NCBI GenBank assembly: GCA_049512315.1
Contig: JBEKXF010000016.1
Coordinates: 1 to 64,000 of the forward strand
Source: Candidatus Aminicenantales bacterium
Lineage (GTDB): Bacteria; Acidobacteriota; Aminicenantia; Aminicenantales; Saccharicenantaceae
Direction: 5' to 3'
Length of the DNA: 64,000 bases
In this document: positions 9,860 through 19,908 of the stretch, in pieces
Layout of the letters: every line of letters starts with the position of its first letter
Numbering within the stretch: position 1 is the stretch's first letter
Made by a program: the position numbers and the translations under genes
Notes under the pieces: generated by a model
What the model saw: the letters and a program-made list of their open reading frames with translations, nothing else
Told to the model about the DNA's origin: nothing
The model's database searches: none

Positions 9860-11680
9860 ATGAAAAAGCCCGCCCTGGCTGTCCTGCTCGTTGCCCTCCT
9901 GAGCTTCTCCATCAACGCTCAGGTCGCCCAGCAGCCGCAGCCCAAGCCCGAGGACCTCGCCAAGAACCTGGTTCTTGTCGAGAAAGCCCAACCCGTCCCC
10001 GACGTCATGAAGGCCGGTTTCGAGTCCATCACGGCCAAGGACTCGATCGCCATGCTGAGCTATCTCGCGTCCGACCTCTTGGAAGGCCGCGAGACCGGCA
10101 CCCGGGGCTACCAGCTGGCCGCCGATTACGCGGCCTCGCTCTTCGCCCTGTGGAAGCTCAAGCCCGCCGGCGACCTTCCGAGCCGCGGTTTCGGCCGGCG
10201 GATGATGGGCGCCCCCGCGCCCCAGGCCGCGACCCCGTCCGAGAAGACTTATCTGCAGGACTTCGCCCTCCAGGAGACCTCGGAGTCCTCGAGCCAGATG
10301 GCCTTCGAGGTCCACAAGGGAGATACCGTCAAGACGCATCCGTTCCTGCCCGGGATCGATTACTCGAGCATGTTCTCGACCGGCGAAACCATCACCGCGC
10401 CTGTCGTCTTCGCCGGCTACGGGATCCAGGAGAAGTCGATCGGTTTCGACGATTTCAAGATGCTCGACGTCAAGGGCAAGATCGTCCTCGTCATCTCCGA
10501 GGCGCCCGGCCGCGACAACCCCGAATCTCCCTTCCAGAAGAATAAGGAGCTCAAGGACAAGTATTTCCCGCAGGCTCCGGCCGGCCCGCCGATGATGATG
10601 GGCGGTCCGCGTTTCAATAAGATCCAGGAGATCGCGAAACTCGGCCCGGCCGCCATCCTGCAGGTCCAGAACATGGGCAAGGACGCCGACTTCTTCAAGA
10701 ATCAGCTCCCGGCGAAGCACATCAACGATGACCGGCCGATCAACACCCGGCCGCGCCGCCGGCTTACCGTCCCCGGCGCCGCCCCGATGCCGTTCGAACG
10801 CTCGTCCGTTATTACCATCACGCAAGAAATGGCCGACGCCCTGCTCGAGCCGACGGGACAGAAGCTCGAGGACCTGCAGAAAAAGATCGAAACGACGGGC
10901 AAGCCCGCCTCGATGGCCATCCCCGGCGCGACCCTAAAGATCTCGACGACGGTCAAGTCCCAGTTCGTCCGCGGCACCAACGTCATCGGCTACATCGAGG
11001 GCTCCGACCCCAAGCTCAAGGATGAGTTCGTCATCGTGGGCGCGCACCTGGACCACCTCGGCGCGTTCGACAGCTACGTGTACAATGGCGCCGACGACAA
11101 CGGCTCCGGCTCCGTGGGCGTCATGAACGCGGCCCTCGCCCTGGCCACGAATCCCCAGAAACCCAAGCGGACCGTCGTCTTCTGTCTCTGGACGGGCGAG
11201 GAAGAAGGCCTCCTCGGGTCCCGCTATTACACCATGAACCCGGAGTTCCCCATCGGCAAGACCGTGGCCTACCTCAACATGGACATGATCAGCCGGCCGT
11301 ACACCGAGCAGACCATGGCCGCGGCGGCCCGCATGTTCAACTTCCCGGGCGGGCAGGACCTGATGAAAAAGGTCAAGCCGGCCAACTTCCTGACGGTCTC
11401 GTTCACGACCGCGGGCGGCTTCGGCGATATCGTCCGGGCCGTCGACCAGTATGTCGGGCTCGACCTCTTCCTCCGGGAGTCGACCGGACAGGAACGGGGC
11501 GGCGGCGGCAGCGACCACTCGTCGTTCGGCGCGGTCAAGGTGCCGTGGTTCTACACCATGGCGGCCATGACCGATGACTACCACCAGACAAGCGACAGCG
11601 TCGATAAGGTGAGCGGCGACCTGATCGCGAAGGTTTCGCAGCTGACCTACGCGACAGCTTACATATTGGCTGATAAATAA
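9860..11680 (+). CDS. M28 family aminopeptidase with PA domain
   Basis: GAHLDHLG, GADDNGSG, GEEEGLLGS, NMDMI, SDH, YH motifs; signal peptide. Confidence 0.92.
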   Translation: MKKPALAVLLVALLSFSINAQVAQQPQPKPEDLAKNLVLVEKAQPVPDVMKAGFESITAKDSIAMLSYLASDLLEGRETGTRGYQLAADYAASLFALWKLKPAGDLPSRGFGRRMMGAPAPQAATPSEKTYLQDFALQETSESSSQMAFEVHKGDTVKTHPFLPGIDYSSMFSTGETITAPVVFAGYGIQEKSIGFDDFKMLDVKGKIVLVISEAPGRDNPESPFQKNKELKDKYFPQAPAGPPMMMGGPRFNKIQEIAKLGPAAILQVQNMGKDADFFKNQLPAKHINDDRPINTRPRRRLTVPGAAPMPFERSSVITITQEMADALLEPTGQKLEDLQKKIETTGKPASMAIPGATLKISTTVKSQFVRGTNVIGYIEGSDPKLKDEFVIVGAHLDHLGAFDSYVYNGADDNGSGSVGVMNAALALATNPQKPKRTVVFCLWTGEEEGLLGSRYYTMNPEFPIGKTVAYLNMDMISRPYTEQTMAAAARMFNFPGGQDLMKKVKPANFLTVSFTTAGGFGDIVRAVDQYVGLDLFLRESTGQERGGGGSDHSSFGAVKVPWFYTMAAMTDDYHQTSDSVDKVSGDLIAKVSQLTYATAYILADK

Positions 11681-11735
11681 GTTCATCATTCTTCCCCCTA
11701 CCCCCCCGTCCAGCAGGGATCGAATCCAAGAATAA

Positions 11736-11808
11736 CGGTGACACACAACTAAATACCTAAATAAGGGGGTTACGCCTATTCCGGTAATTAGTTATGTGTC
11801 ACCGAAAT
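11736..11808. repeat. Inverted-repeat element family 1, copy 2 (inverted relative to copy 1)
   Basis: Arms 11736-11757 / 11783-11804; reverse complement of 11774-11808 matches 2116-2150 at 33/35. Confidence 0.85.
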
Positions 11809-11930
11809 AAGCAATGAGGTCATTTCCGTCGGAAGGGAATTGCTGGAATCCGTGGCCGCGGAAGTGTATATTGAAGCCAATTTGGGACCGGCTGGAACGT
11901 GCGTTCCGGTCCGTTGAAGGAGGTTCGAGG

Positions 11931-13148
11931 ATGGACCAGGAAAAACCCAAGGTTTACGGCTACCGCTGGCTGGTCTTGCTCGCCTTTATGCTGATCGCCC
12001 TGATGACCCAGGTGTTGTGGATCACGTTCGCCCCGGTCACCAGCGCCGCGGCCCAGTTCTACGGGAAGTCGGACCTGATGATCGGCCTGTTATCCATGAG
12101 CTTCATGATCGTCTACATCCTGATGGTCCTGCCGTCGGCCTGGGCGATCGACACCTGGGGCTTCAAGGCGGCGGTCGGCCTCGGCGCCGTCCTGAGCGCC
12201 GTCTTCGCCCTGACCCGGGGGATCTTCGCCTCGAGCTTCACTGTCGTCCTGCTCTCGACGGTCGGCATCGCGATCGGCCAGCCGTTCGTCATCGGGGCCA
12301 TCACCAAGGTCGCGGCCCGCTGGTTCCCGGCTGAGGAGCGGGCGACGGCCTCCGGACTGGGCACGCTGGCCCTTTACCTAGGCCCCCTGGCGGCCATGCT
12401 CCTCGGCCCATACCTCGTCCTGCACGTCGGCCTGCCCCGCATGCTCCTCATCTACGGCATCGCCACGGCCGCGGCGGCGGTCATCTTCCTCGTCGTGGCC
12501 CGCGAGCACCCGCCCACCCCGGCGGGGCGCGACGAGCGGGTCCTGATGTTCGACGGCCTCAAGTCCATGCTCCGCCAGCGTGACTTCATCATCCTCCTGT
12601 TCATGTTTTTTGTGGGACTTGGCCTGTTCAACAGCGTCTCGACATGGGTCGAAGACATTATCCGCCCGCGCGGCTTTTCCATCACCCAGGCCGGAACGCT
12701 CGGCGGCCTGATGCTCGTCGGCGGGATCGTCGGCGCCGTCGTCGTCCCTCTCTTCTCCGACAAGCTCCGGCGCCGGAAGCCCTTCATCCTCCTGGCGCTC
12801 TCCGGTCTCCTCCCCGGCCTCCTAGGGATCACTTTCGCCGGGAGCTATGGGCTTTTGCTTCTGTCCGGATTCGCCTTCGGGTTCTTCCTGCTGAGCGCCG
12901 GGCCGATCGGCTTTCAGTACGGGGCCGAGATCACCCACCCGGCCCCGGAAGGGACGTCCAACAGCCTGCTCATGGTCATGGGGCAGGTCTCGGGGATTAT
13001 CTTCATCATGGGCATGGATGCGCTCAAGTCGCCGGCGACCAAATCCATGACCGTCCCGCTCCTGGCCCAGGCCGGGCTGATCGTCCTCGCCATCGTCTTC
13101 GCGGCCATGCTCCACGAGTCCCCGATCCACGCCAAGCAGGCGAGTTAG
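11931..13148 (+). CDS. MFS transporter
   Basis: GYRWLVL start, about 12 TM segments, RWFPAEERATASG; AAGGAGG RBS. Confidence 0.9.
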   Translation: MDQEKPKVYGYRWLVLLAFMLIALMTQVLWITFAPVTSAAAQFYGKSDLMIGLLSMSFMIVYILMVLPSAWAIDTWGFKAAVGLGAVLSAVFALTRGIFASSFTVVLLSTVGIAIGQPFVIGAITKVAARWFPAEERATASGLGTLALYLGPLAAMLLGPYLVLHVGLPRMLLIYGIATAAAAVIFLVVAREHPPTPAGRDERVLMFDGLKSMLRQRDFIILLFMFFVGLGLFNSVSTWVEDIIRPRGFSITQAGTLGGLMLVGGIVGAVVVPLFSDKLRRRKPFILLALSGLLPGLLGITFAGSYGLLLLSGFAFGFFLLSAGPIGFQYGAEITHPAPEGTSNSLLMVMGQVSGIIFIMGMDALKSPATKSMTVPLLAQAGLIVLAIVFAAMLHESPIHAKQAS

Positions 13149-13158
13149 ATCATTCGGG

Positions 13159-13398
13159 CGGGTGGCCCGGTGTATAAGAAGGGGCCGCGGGGAATGGCGG
13201 GAACATGATAAAACTGCTTGGCCATGCCAGGCGTTTTTTGATGAATCAGCGGACGCAGGGGGGATGTCCCGGAGAAAACATTGAGCGCGACGCGGGCACG
13301 GTTCCTCGACCAGCGGGAGAGGAGAGCGGAGCGATCACAGAGTGGGATTCCTCGCTGGGGAATCCCACGCTTTTCGGAGGGACTCCCTCCGAGTCCGC
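13159..13398 (+). ncRNA. Candidate structured ncRNA / structured repeat, copy A
   Basis: Homologous to 18541-18815 with compensatory stem changes; G-U pairs favour + strand. Confidence 0.5.
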
Positions 13399-13413
13399 AA
13401 CTTCTTTAAAGAA

Positions 13414-16400
13414 TCAGTTCGTTTGCGCCGCCTGGATCGGGTCGAGGCGGACCGAAACCTTGCCAGTGTAAGTCTTGCCGCCGACGGTCAGCTTGATGAC
13501 GTAAACCCCCGGCTCGGCCAGCTGCCCGCCCATGCCTCGGCCTCCGAAGCCCATCCCTCCTCCCGGGAACCCACCCATACCGGTGCGGATGATGGGCATG
13601 ACGCTGCGCTGGATTTCGGCGTACTTCCGGAAGTTCGTTCCGAACTGTTCGAGCCCGGTCTGGGCATTCTGGAGGGTTGTTTTCTGCTCGGCCGTGAGGT
13701 CGGCCCTCAGGAGAGCGGCCTCGATCTGCTTTTTGAGGTTCGAAACCATCCCCTGGACGGTCTGCGCGGGAGGGTCGAACCTGAGGTCCCAGGCGACCCG
13801 GATGATGCCGGGCTCGGCCGTGTCCAGGAGATAGGTCGTTTTGAGGGCTCCGGTGGCGTCCGCGATCTCGAGAGTGCCCGGCTTCTCGGGCTTGGCCTTG
13901 AGGTAGATGTGAATGAGGGCGCCGGCCGGCGGGTTCTCTCCCTTGAAGAACAGGTCGCCCCGGCTGTATCCGCCGCGGCCGATCTGGAGCCAGCGCGTGC
14001 CCGGCTTGCTGACCTCGAAGACGGCGGCGTCCTGGCCGAGGATGCTGTCGGTCACACCGCGGAGGGCCGTGATATCGTCCATGATCCAAATCCCGCGTCC
14101 GTGTGTCGCCGCGATGAGGTCGTTGTCGCGCGGGTGGATGAGGAGGTCGTGGACGGGGACCGTCGGCAGGTTGAGGCTCAGGCTCGACCAGGCCTTGCCG
14201 CCGTCGCGGCTGAAATACGCGCCGTACTCGGTCCCGAGGAAGAGAAGGTCCTTGTTCTTGAGATCCTCCCGGATGACGTAGACGGGCTGGCTGGCGGGCA
14301 GGTTCGCCATGATATTCGTCCAGGTCTTGCCGTAGTCCGTCGTCTTGAACACATAGGTGTGGAAATCGTCGCTGCGGTGCCCGTCGAAAGTCACGTAGCA
14401 CGTGCCGGCATCGAAATGCGAGGCCTCGACCCGGCTGACCCAGGTCTCCTTCGGGACGAGCGTGATCGCGGCCCGGACATTGGCCCAGGCAACCCCGTCG
14501 TTCCGGGTGAGCTGGACATTGCCGTCGTCCGTCCCGACCCAGATGAGGCCGGGGACGAGAGGTGATTCGGAGATGGTGATGATCGTGCAGTGCGTTTCGG
14601 CGCCGGTCACGTCGCGGGTGATGCCGCCGGAGGGCTTCGCGGGCGCGTACTTCGTCTTGTCGTTCGTCGTCAGGTCGGGGCTGATGATCATCCACTTGTC
14701 GCCGCGGTCCAGGGACCGGAAGAGGTTGTTGCCGCCGAAATAGACCGTCCTCGGATTGTGCGGGGACATGACGATGGGTGTGCTCCAGTTGAACCGGAAG
14801 GGCCCGGCCTGCCGCCCGGCCATGGCCATCATCGCCTCTTCGGGCGACGGCACCGGCTCGGCCTTGGCCGCGGGCTTCTGGCCGGGTGCCGGTGGCTTGG
14901 CCGCGGGCTTCGCGGCCGTTTTGGCCGAGGGCTTCGCGGCCGGCTTATCGGGATAATAGTCTTTGTAATTGACGACGTTCGCCTGCGTCGGCCGGATGCT
15001 CTTCATCTCCCGGGTCTCGACGTTCACCCGCAGGACCGATCCACCCTGGCTCTCGCAGTAGACGGTTCGCCAGTCGGTCGGGTCATTCTGGGTGTGGAAG
15101 CCGTCGCCGCCGCCGATATTGAACCAGAAGTCGGTCAGGATCGTGCCTTCGCGGCTCATCGAGGGGCCGCCCCAGGTGCCGTTGTCCTGGAGGCCGCCGT
15201 AAACGTAGTAGGGATCGCGCATGTCGGCGCTCACGGCATAGAACTGGGCGAGACAGAGGTTGTCGTAGAACACCCAGGTCTTGCCGTTGTCGTAGGTGAT
15301 GGACGCCCCGCCGTCCTGGCCGACGTAGAAGCGGTTCTTGTTCGTCGGGTCGAGCCACATGGCGTGGAAGTCGGGATGGAGCCCCCCGACTTGGGACCAG
15401 GTCTTGCCGCCGTCGTTCGAAAAGTTCAGGTTCGACGTCAGGAAGTAGGCCCACTTGTCCTCGAGAGGATTGATATAGATGTGGCTGTAGTAGAACGGCC
15501 GGTTGTTCATTCGATTCACGAACTGCCAGGTCGACCCGCCGTCTTCCGTCCGGTAAACGCCCGTGCCGAGCTTGGTCATGTCGGCGTAATCCGGGTTGGG
15601 CTTGGTCTGGTTGTCGGAAGACCGGATCTGGGCCGTCGGCTGGAAGGCGGCCTCGACGGCGGCCATGAGGACCTTCGGGTTCGAGCGGGAGATGGCCAGG
15701 CCGATCCGGCCCGTGTCGCCCGAGGGGAGCCCTTTAGTGAGCTTGGCCCAGGTCGCCCCACCGTCGGTCGTCTTGAAGATGCCACCGTTCGGGCCGCCGG
15801 AATCGAAGCGCCAGGGCTGGCGGAGCCGCTGCCAGAACGAGACATAGAGGATGTCCGGGTTCGTCGGGTCCATGACCAGGTCGATGGCGCCCGTCTTCCC
15901 GTCGTTGGGCAGTCCGCCGCCGAGCTTGGTCCACGTCTTGCCGCCGTCGGTCGTCTTGAACAGGCCGCGGTCCCCCGTGTATCCCCAGGGATGGCCGGAG
16001 GCGGCCGCGTAGACGATATTGGGATCGGTCGGGTGGGTCCGGATGCGGCCGATCGTCTGCGTCGTCTCCAGGCCCATCCGAGTGAAGGTCTTGCCGCCGT
16101 CGGTCGATTTATAGATGCCGTCGCCCCAGGAGACACTGTTCCGGACGCAGGCTTCGCCCGTCCCGACCCAGATGATGTTCGGGTCCTTCTGGAAGAACTT
16201 CACGTCGCCGATGGAGGACGAGCCGTACTTGTCGAAGATCGGCTCCCAGGTCGTGCCGGCGTTTACGGACTTGAAAACGCCGCCGGCCGCCCCGGCGACG
16301 AGGACGTTGGTGAAGTCGCTTTCGGCCGCCTCGAAGGCTGAGATGCGGCCGATCATGTTGGCCGGCCCGATGCTGCGCCATCTGAGGTGCTTGGCCAGGG

Positions 16401-16509
16401 CCTGGTTCTGGTCCTGGGGCGCGTTCTGGGCCGAGAACGGCCCGGCCAGGGCCAGGGTGATGAGCAGGAGCAAAGTCACGCGAAGCGCGGTTTTCAGCCG
16501 GTTTTTCAT
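13414..16509 (-). CDS. BNR/Asp-box (VPS10/sialidase-like beta-propeller) secreted protein
   Basis: Many SxDGGKTW Asp-box repeats; WRSIGPAN start; signal peptide. Confidence 0.88.
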   Translation of the reverse strand: MKNRLKTALRVTLLLLITLALAGPFSAQNAPQDQNQALAKHLRWRSIGPANMIGRISAFEAAESDFTNVLVAGAAGGVFKSVNAGTTWEPIFDKYGSSSIGDVKFFQKDPNIIWVGTGEACVRNSVSWGDGIYKSTDGGKTFTRMGLETTQTIGRIRTHPTDPNIVYAAASGHPWGYTGDRGLFKTTDGGKTWTKLGGGLPNDGKTGAIDLVMDPTNPDILYVSFWQRLRQPWRFDSGGPNGGIFKTTDGGATWAKLTKGLPSGDTGRIGLAISRSNPKVLMAAVEAAFQPTAQIRSSDNQTKPNPDYADMTKLGTGVYRTEDGGSTWQFVNRMNNRPFYYSHIYINPLEDKWAYFLTSNLNFSNDGGKTWSQVGGLHPDFHAMWLDPTNKNRFYVGQDGGASITYDNGKTWVFYDNLCLAQFYAVSADMRDPYYVYGGLQDNGTWGGPSMSREGTILTDFWFNIGGGDGFHTQNDPTDWRTVYCESQGGSVLRVNVETREMKSIRPTQANVVNYKDYYPDKPAAKPSAKTAAKPAAKPPAPGQKPAAKAEPVPSPEEAMMAMAGRQAGPFRFNWSTPIVMSPHNPRTVYFGGNNLFRSLDRGDKWMIISPDLTTNDKTKYAPAKPSGGITRDVTGAETHCTIITISESPLVPGLIWVGTDDGNVQLTRNDGVAWANVRAAITLVPKETWVSRVEASHFDAGTCYVTFDGHRSDDFHTYVFKTTDYGKTWTNIMANLPASQPVYVIREDLKNKDLLFLGTEYGAYFSRDGGKAWSSLSLNLPTVPVHDLLIHPRDNDLIAATHGRGIWIMDDITALRGVTDSILGQDAAVFEVSKPGTRWLQIGRGGYSRGDLFFKGENPPAGALIHIYLKAKPEKPGTLEIADATGALKTTYLLDTAEPGIIRVAWDLRFDPPAQTVQGMVSNLKKQIEAALLRADLTAEQKTTLQNAQTGLEQFGTNFRKYAEIQRSVMPIIRTGMGGFPGGGMGFGGRGMGGQLAEPGVYVIKLTVGGKTYTGKVSVRLDPIQAAQTN

Positions 16510-16574
16510 GGGGTCCTCCTTGGGGAAACTAGGGGCGAATTATAACGAAGCTCAGGTTCGGTGCGCAAGGGCTG

Positions 16575-17213
16575 CTAGCGACGATTGATCAGCTTCAGGA
16601 CGGCTTCTAGCGAAGCCACGTCCGGCTGCCCTTCGGCCGTCTCCTTGCCCGGGGCGAGAGAGGCATAGGTCAGGGGCGCGCCGAAGAAAGGTCCGGCGAT
16701 CCTGGTGATGAGGCCGAGCTCGCCGAGGCCAAGGGCGACGACGTTCTTCCGCGTTTCGTAAAGGGAGAAAAGCCGGGCGCAATCCTGGACGCTCTGAACG
16801 CGGCAGATGATCTTGGCGATGCTGGCCCCCAGGTCAAAGCATTCCTCGATCATAAGAAGAAGGATCTGTTTTAACGGTGTCTCGGTGTAGTTGTGGTAGG
16901 TGACGATGATCCGGCAATGATTCTCCCTGGCGGCCGCCAATATCGGATCCCGGAATTGCGGGGAGGACTCGAGCTCGATATCCACGTAAGCCGCTCCGGC
17001 CGAGATCGCGGTCAGGAGGGCCGCCATTCTGGCGTCGTCGGGACGCGTCCCCGGACGGCACGTGGCGACCAGCTTGAGCGGGGCGGAAAAAAGCTCCTTG
17101 ATCTCGACGAGCGACAGGCCGGTCTTGTCGATCCGGATCTCGGCCAGCTCGAGCCCCTTCAGCGCGGCCCGGCATTCATCGAGGGTGGGTTCGGCGATGC
17201 TGACACAGATCAT
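16575..17213 (-). CDS. aroD: Type I 3-dehydroquinate dehydratase
   Basis: MICVSI, EIRID, ATCR, YVDIE, YHNYTETP, AKI, TAEGQ motifs; GGAGGAG RBS. Confidence 0.85.
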   Translation of the reverse strand: MICVSIAEPTLDECRAALKGLELAEIRIDKTGLSLVEIKELFSAPLKLVATCRPGTRPDDARMAALLTAISAGAAYVDIELESSPQFRDPILAAARENHCRIIVTYHNYTETPLKQILLLMIEECFDLGASIAKIICRVQSVQDCARLFSLYETRKNVVALGLGELGLITRIAGPFFGAPLTYASLAPGKETAEGQPDVASLEAVLKLINRR

Positions 17214-17328
17214 GAGTTTACTCCTCCCCACTTATTAGACGGCGAGACAGCCGCTTTCTTCCACGTCGGGGCGGAAGGATCATATCACATGACTTTTCCC
17301 GAGAATAGGCCTGGCCGGGACGTCCCGG

Positions 17329-18412
17329 CTAGGATCTGTCCGCTTTCAAAGCCGCGAGGCTCAGGATGAGGATCGCCGCGGCGCACATTACTTTGGCGGC
17401 GTCGATCGCGAAGACCCCGGCGGCGAGCGCGATCCTCCTGAAAACGTCCACGTAGTGAAACGAAAGGGCCCCGGCCAAAGACCCGCCCAGGTAAAGGGCC
17501 AGCACCGCCCCGACCGCGGTGATATGGGGCCGGACCCGTTTTCGCTTGACTGCCCTCACGGCCAGGAAAAGAAGGCCGACCATCACGGCCGCGATGAGGG
17601 CCAGGAGGACCCTCTGGTAGGACTGCCGGGCATAATAGACGTCCATCCCGACGATGATTTTTCTCCCCCATTCCGACAAGCGTCCTCCGACATGGAAGGC
17701 CTCACAGAAGACGCCCAGAAAGAGAACGGCGGCAGAGGCCGCCCAGAGCCGCCACTCCCCTTCCGCGCCGGGGAGACGGGCCGACCGCCGGCGGGCCGGG
17801 TTGGCCGCGCAGACCAGTCCGCCTGAAACGATCAGGACGAGGAGGGCAAGCCGGAACGCGGCGGCTGAATTGCGGAAGACCTCGGGCTCGGGCGGCCGTG
17901 AGCCGGGCCGGAAGGGGGTCTCCGGATTGGGTGTGTTCGAGTTCAAGAAGGCCCGGACTCTCCGGAAGATCGTCTCGCCGGCGCGTCCTTGTATCCGCTT
18001 GACCGGGATGCCCTCAGTGTTGGCGCCATGCGTCCTCGTCCGCCAATCTCCCGTCGCTGACACCCATATGACCAGCTGGACGAAGGCCATCTTCTCCTGC
18101 TCCGTACGGATACGTGCCGCTGCTTTGAACGGGGATAGGCGGGCTTGGCGCCAGCAGGCGTCCGACCGCCATATAGTTTTTACCCAGCAGGTAGACATTT
18201 ACCACGAGATGAGATGATTCCGGCACGTTCCCGAGCGTAACGCGGACATCCATGGGGCTGCCCACAACGGCATATCGGGGCGCTTCAACGGTCAGCTAGT
18301 CCGCATAGGGAGAGTGGAACAGCTTGAGGAAAGCCCAAACGGCAAGAAAGGCAAATACGAAAAGAGCCAGGAGAAGGAAGCCCCTCCGGGTTTTATTACG
18401 TTTCGGCTCCAT
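17329..18412 (-). pseudogene. Disrupted membrane-protein gene (in-frame TAG plus frameshift)
   Basis: ATG 18412 MEPKRNKTRRGFLLLALFVFAFLAVWAF; TAG at 18298-18296; reading continues, then shifts frame near 18100 into a TM-rich C-terminus ending 17329. Confidence 0.6.
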
Positions 18413-18540
18413 TTTTTGCCCTAGATCCGTCGGGGCAAAACATCTCGAAGTCCATCGAAAGCCCCGCCGGCACTCGAGATGTTAATTCACCGCCTCCGCG
18501 GAAGTCAAACCGCAACTTAATTCGTTTATAAATGAGAAGA

Positions 18541-18815
18541 CGGGTGGCACGGTACATAAAGAGGGGCTTTGGGGAATGGTCGGAACGTCATTCGCGGTTA
18601 GGTCTTCCCAAAGCGTTTTTTAAAGATTGAGGCTTCGGGGGCGGCTGAAGCGATAGAAAAAAAGTGCGCAGGGGGTGTTCCCGGAGGAGGGCGTGTGGAG
18701 GGCCGAGCGGGCACGGATCCTCGACCAGAGGGCGAGGAGAGCGAGGCCTGGAACCGAAGCGGGTTTGGCTCGGCGGGACAAACCCGCGACCCGACGGAGG
18801 GAATCCCCCGAGCTC
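18541..18815 (+). ncRNA. Candidate structured ncRNA / structured repeat, copy B
   Basis: 39/51 identity to 13159-13209 and 34/37 to 13292-13328; covarying stems. Confidence 0.5.
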
Positions 18816-18861
18816 AACCTCATTTGAAGGCTGAAGCCGTCACCGAAGCTCGACAACCTCA

Positions 18862-18891
18862 TTGACAGGACGCGGCGGCCGGCGCTATAGT
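18862..18891 (+). promoter_or_regulatory. Sigma70-type promoter of pyrB
   Basis: TTGACA-18 nt-TATAGT upstream of AAGGAG/ATG 18915. Confidence 0.65.
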
Positions 18892-18914
18892 CCTTGCGGA
18901 CAAAAGGAGCCAAC

Positions 18915-19895
18915 ATGCCCACGAAAGCCAAGAGCCCCCACCTCCCCTTCGGCGACCAGCAGACGGCACCGTGGTACGGCAAGGATATCCTTTCGGTCAA
19001 GCAGTTCAGCCGGGCGGACCTCGAATACATCTTCGGCGTCGCCCACGAGATGCGGAACATGGTCGAGCGGGTCGGCACCTTCGACCTCCTCAAGGGCAAG
19101 ATCCTGGCGAACCTGTTTTACGAGCCGTCCACGCGGACCTCGTCGTCCTTCATGGCGGCCATGCAGCGGCTCGGCGGGGCCGTGATCCCCATCAGCGAAG
19201 TGAAATATTCTTCTGTCGCCAAGGGCGAGAGCCTGCCCGACACGGTCCGGACGCTCGGATGCTACGCCGATGTGATCGTCATCCGGCATCCCGAGGTCGG
19301 CTCGGCCGCCCTGGCCGCCAAGCATGCCAAAAAGCCGGTCATCAACGCGGGCGACGGTGTCGGCGAGCATCCGACCCAGGCCCTCCTCGACACCTTCACG
19401 ATCCGCGAGGAGCTGGGGACCCTCGACGACCTGACCGTGACCATGCTCGGCGACCTCAAGTACGGCCGAACGGTCCATTCCCTGGCCCGGCTCATGACGC
19501 GGTTCGACGGGACCCGTCTGAACTATGTCTCTCCCGACATCCTGCGGATGCCCAAGGACGTCATGGACGAAGTCGCGTCAAAGGACGTACCCCAGGCCGA
19601 ATACACGTCGCTCGAAAAGGCCCTTCCCGAAACCGACGTCCTCTACGTGACCCGCGTCCAGAGGGAGCGATTCGAGGACCCGGCCGTCTACGAGAGGGTG
19701 AAGGATGCTTTCGTCGTCAACCCCGAGGTCATGAAGCCGTCCAAGGACCGGATGATCGTCATGCACCCCCTGCCCCGCGTCACCGAGATCAGCCAGGATT
19801 TCGACGATGATCCGCGGGCGGCCTATTTCCGTCAGATGGAGTACGGGCTCTACGTCCGGATGGCCCTCCTGGCCATGGTCCTCGGCAAGGCCTGA
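18915..19895 (+). CDS. pyrB: Aspartate carbamoyltransferase catalytic subunit
   Basis: [47 protein letters not shown]. Confidence 0.96.
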   Translation: MPTKAKSPHLPFGDQQTAPWYGKDILSVKQFSRADLEYIFGVAHEMRNMVERVGTFDLLKGKILANLFYEPSTRTSSSFMAAMQRLGGAVIPISEVKYSSVAKGESLPDTVRTLGCYADVIVIRHPEVGSAALAAKHAKKPVINAGDGVGEHPTQALLDTFTIREELGTLDDLTVTMLGDLKYGRTVHSLARLMTRFDGTRLNYVSPDILRMPKDVMDEVASKDVPQAEYTSLEKALPETDVLYVTRVQRERFEDPAVYERVKDAFVVNPEVMKPSKDRMIVMHPLPRVTEISQDFDDDPRAAYFRQMEYGLYVRMALLAMVLGKA

Positions 19896-19908
19896 AAAGA
19901 GCGGCGGA

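Noticed and set aside
2118..11808. IR elements as CRISPR repeats
   Set aside because: Dispersed inverted pairs, not tandem direct repeats with spacers; no cas genes
18296..18298. Pyrrolysine/amber read-through
   Set aside because: A second lesion (frameshift) follows, TAG is a normal stop elsewhere in the window, and no pyl genes are seen
18541..18815. PyrR attenuator or riboswitch for pyrB
   Set aside because: No PyrR-binding consensus recognised; it lies upstream of the predicted promoter, and its homologue sits between convergent unrelated genes
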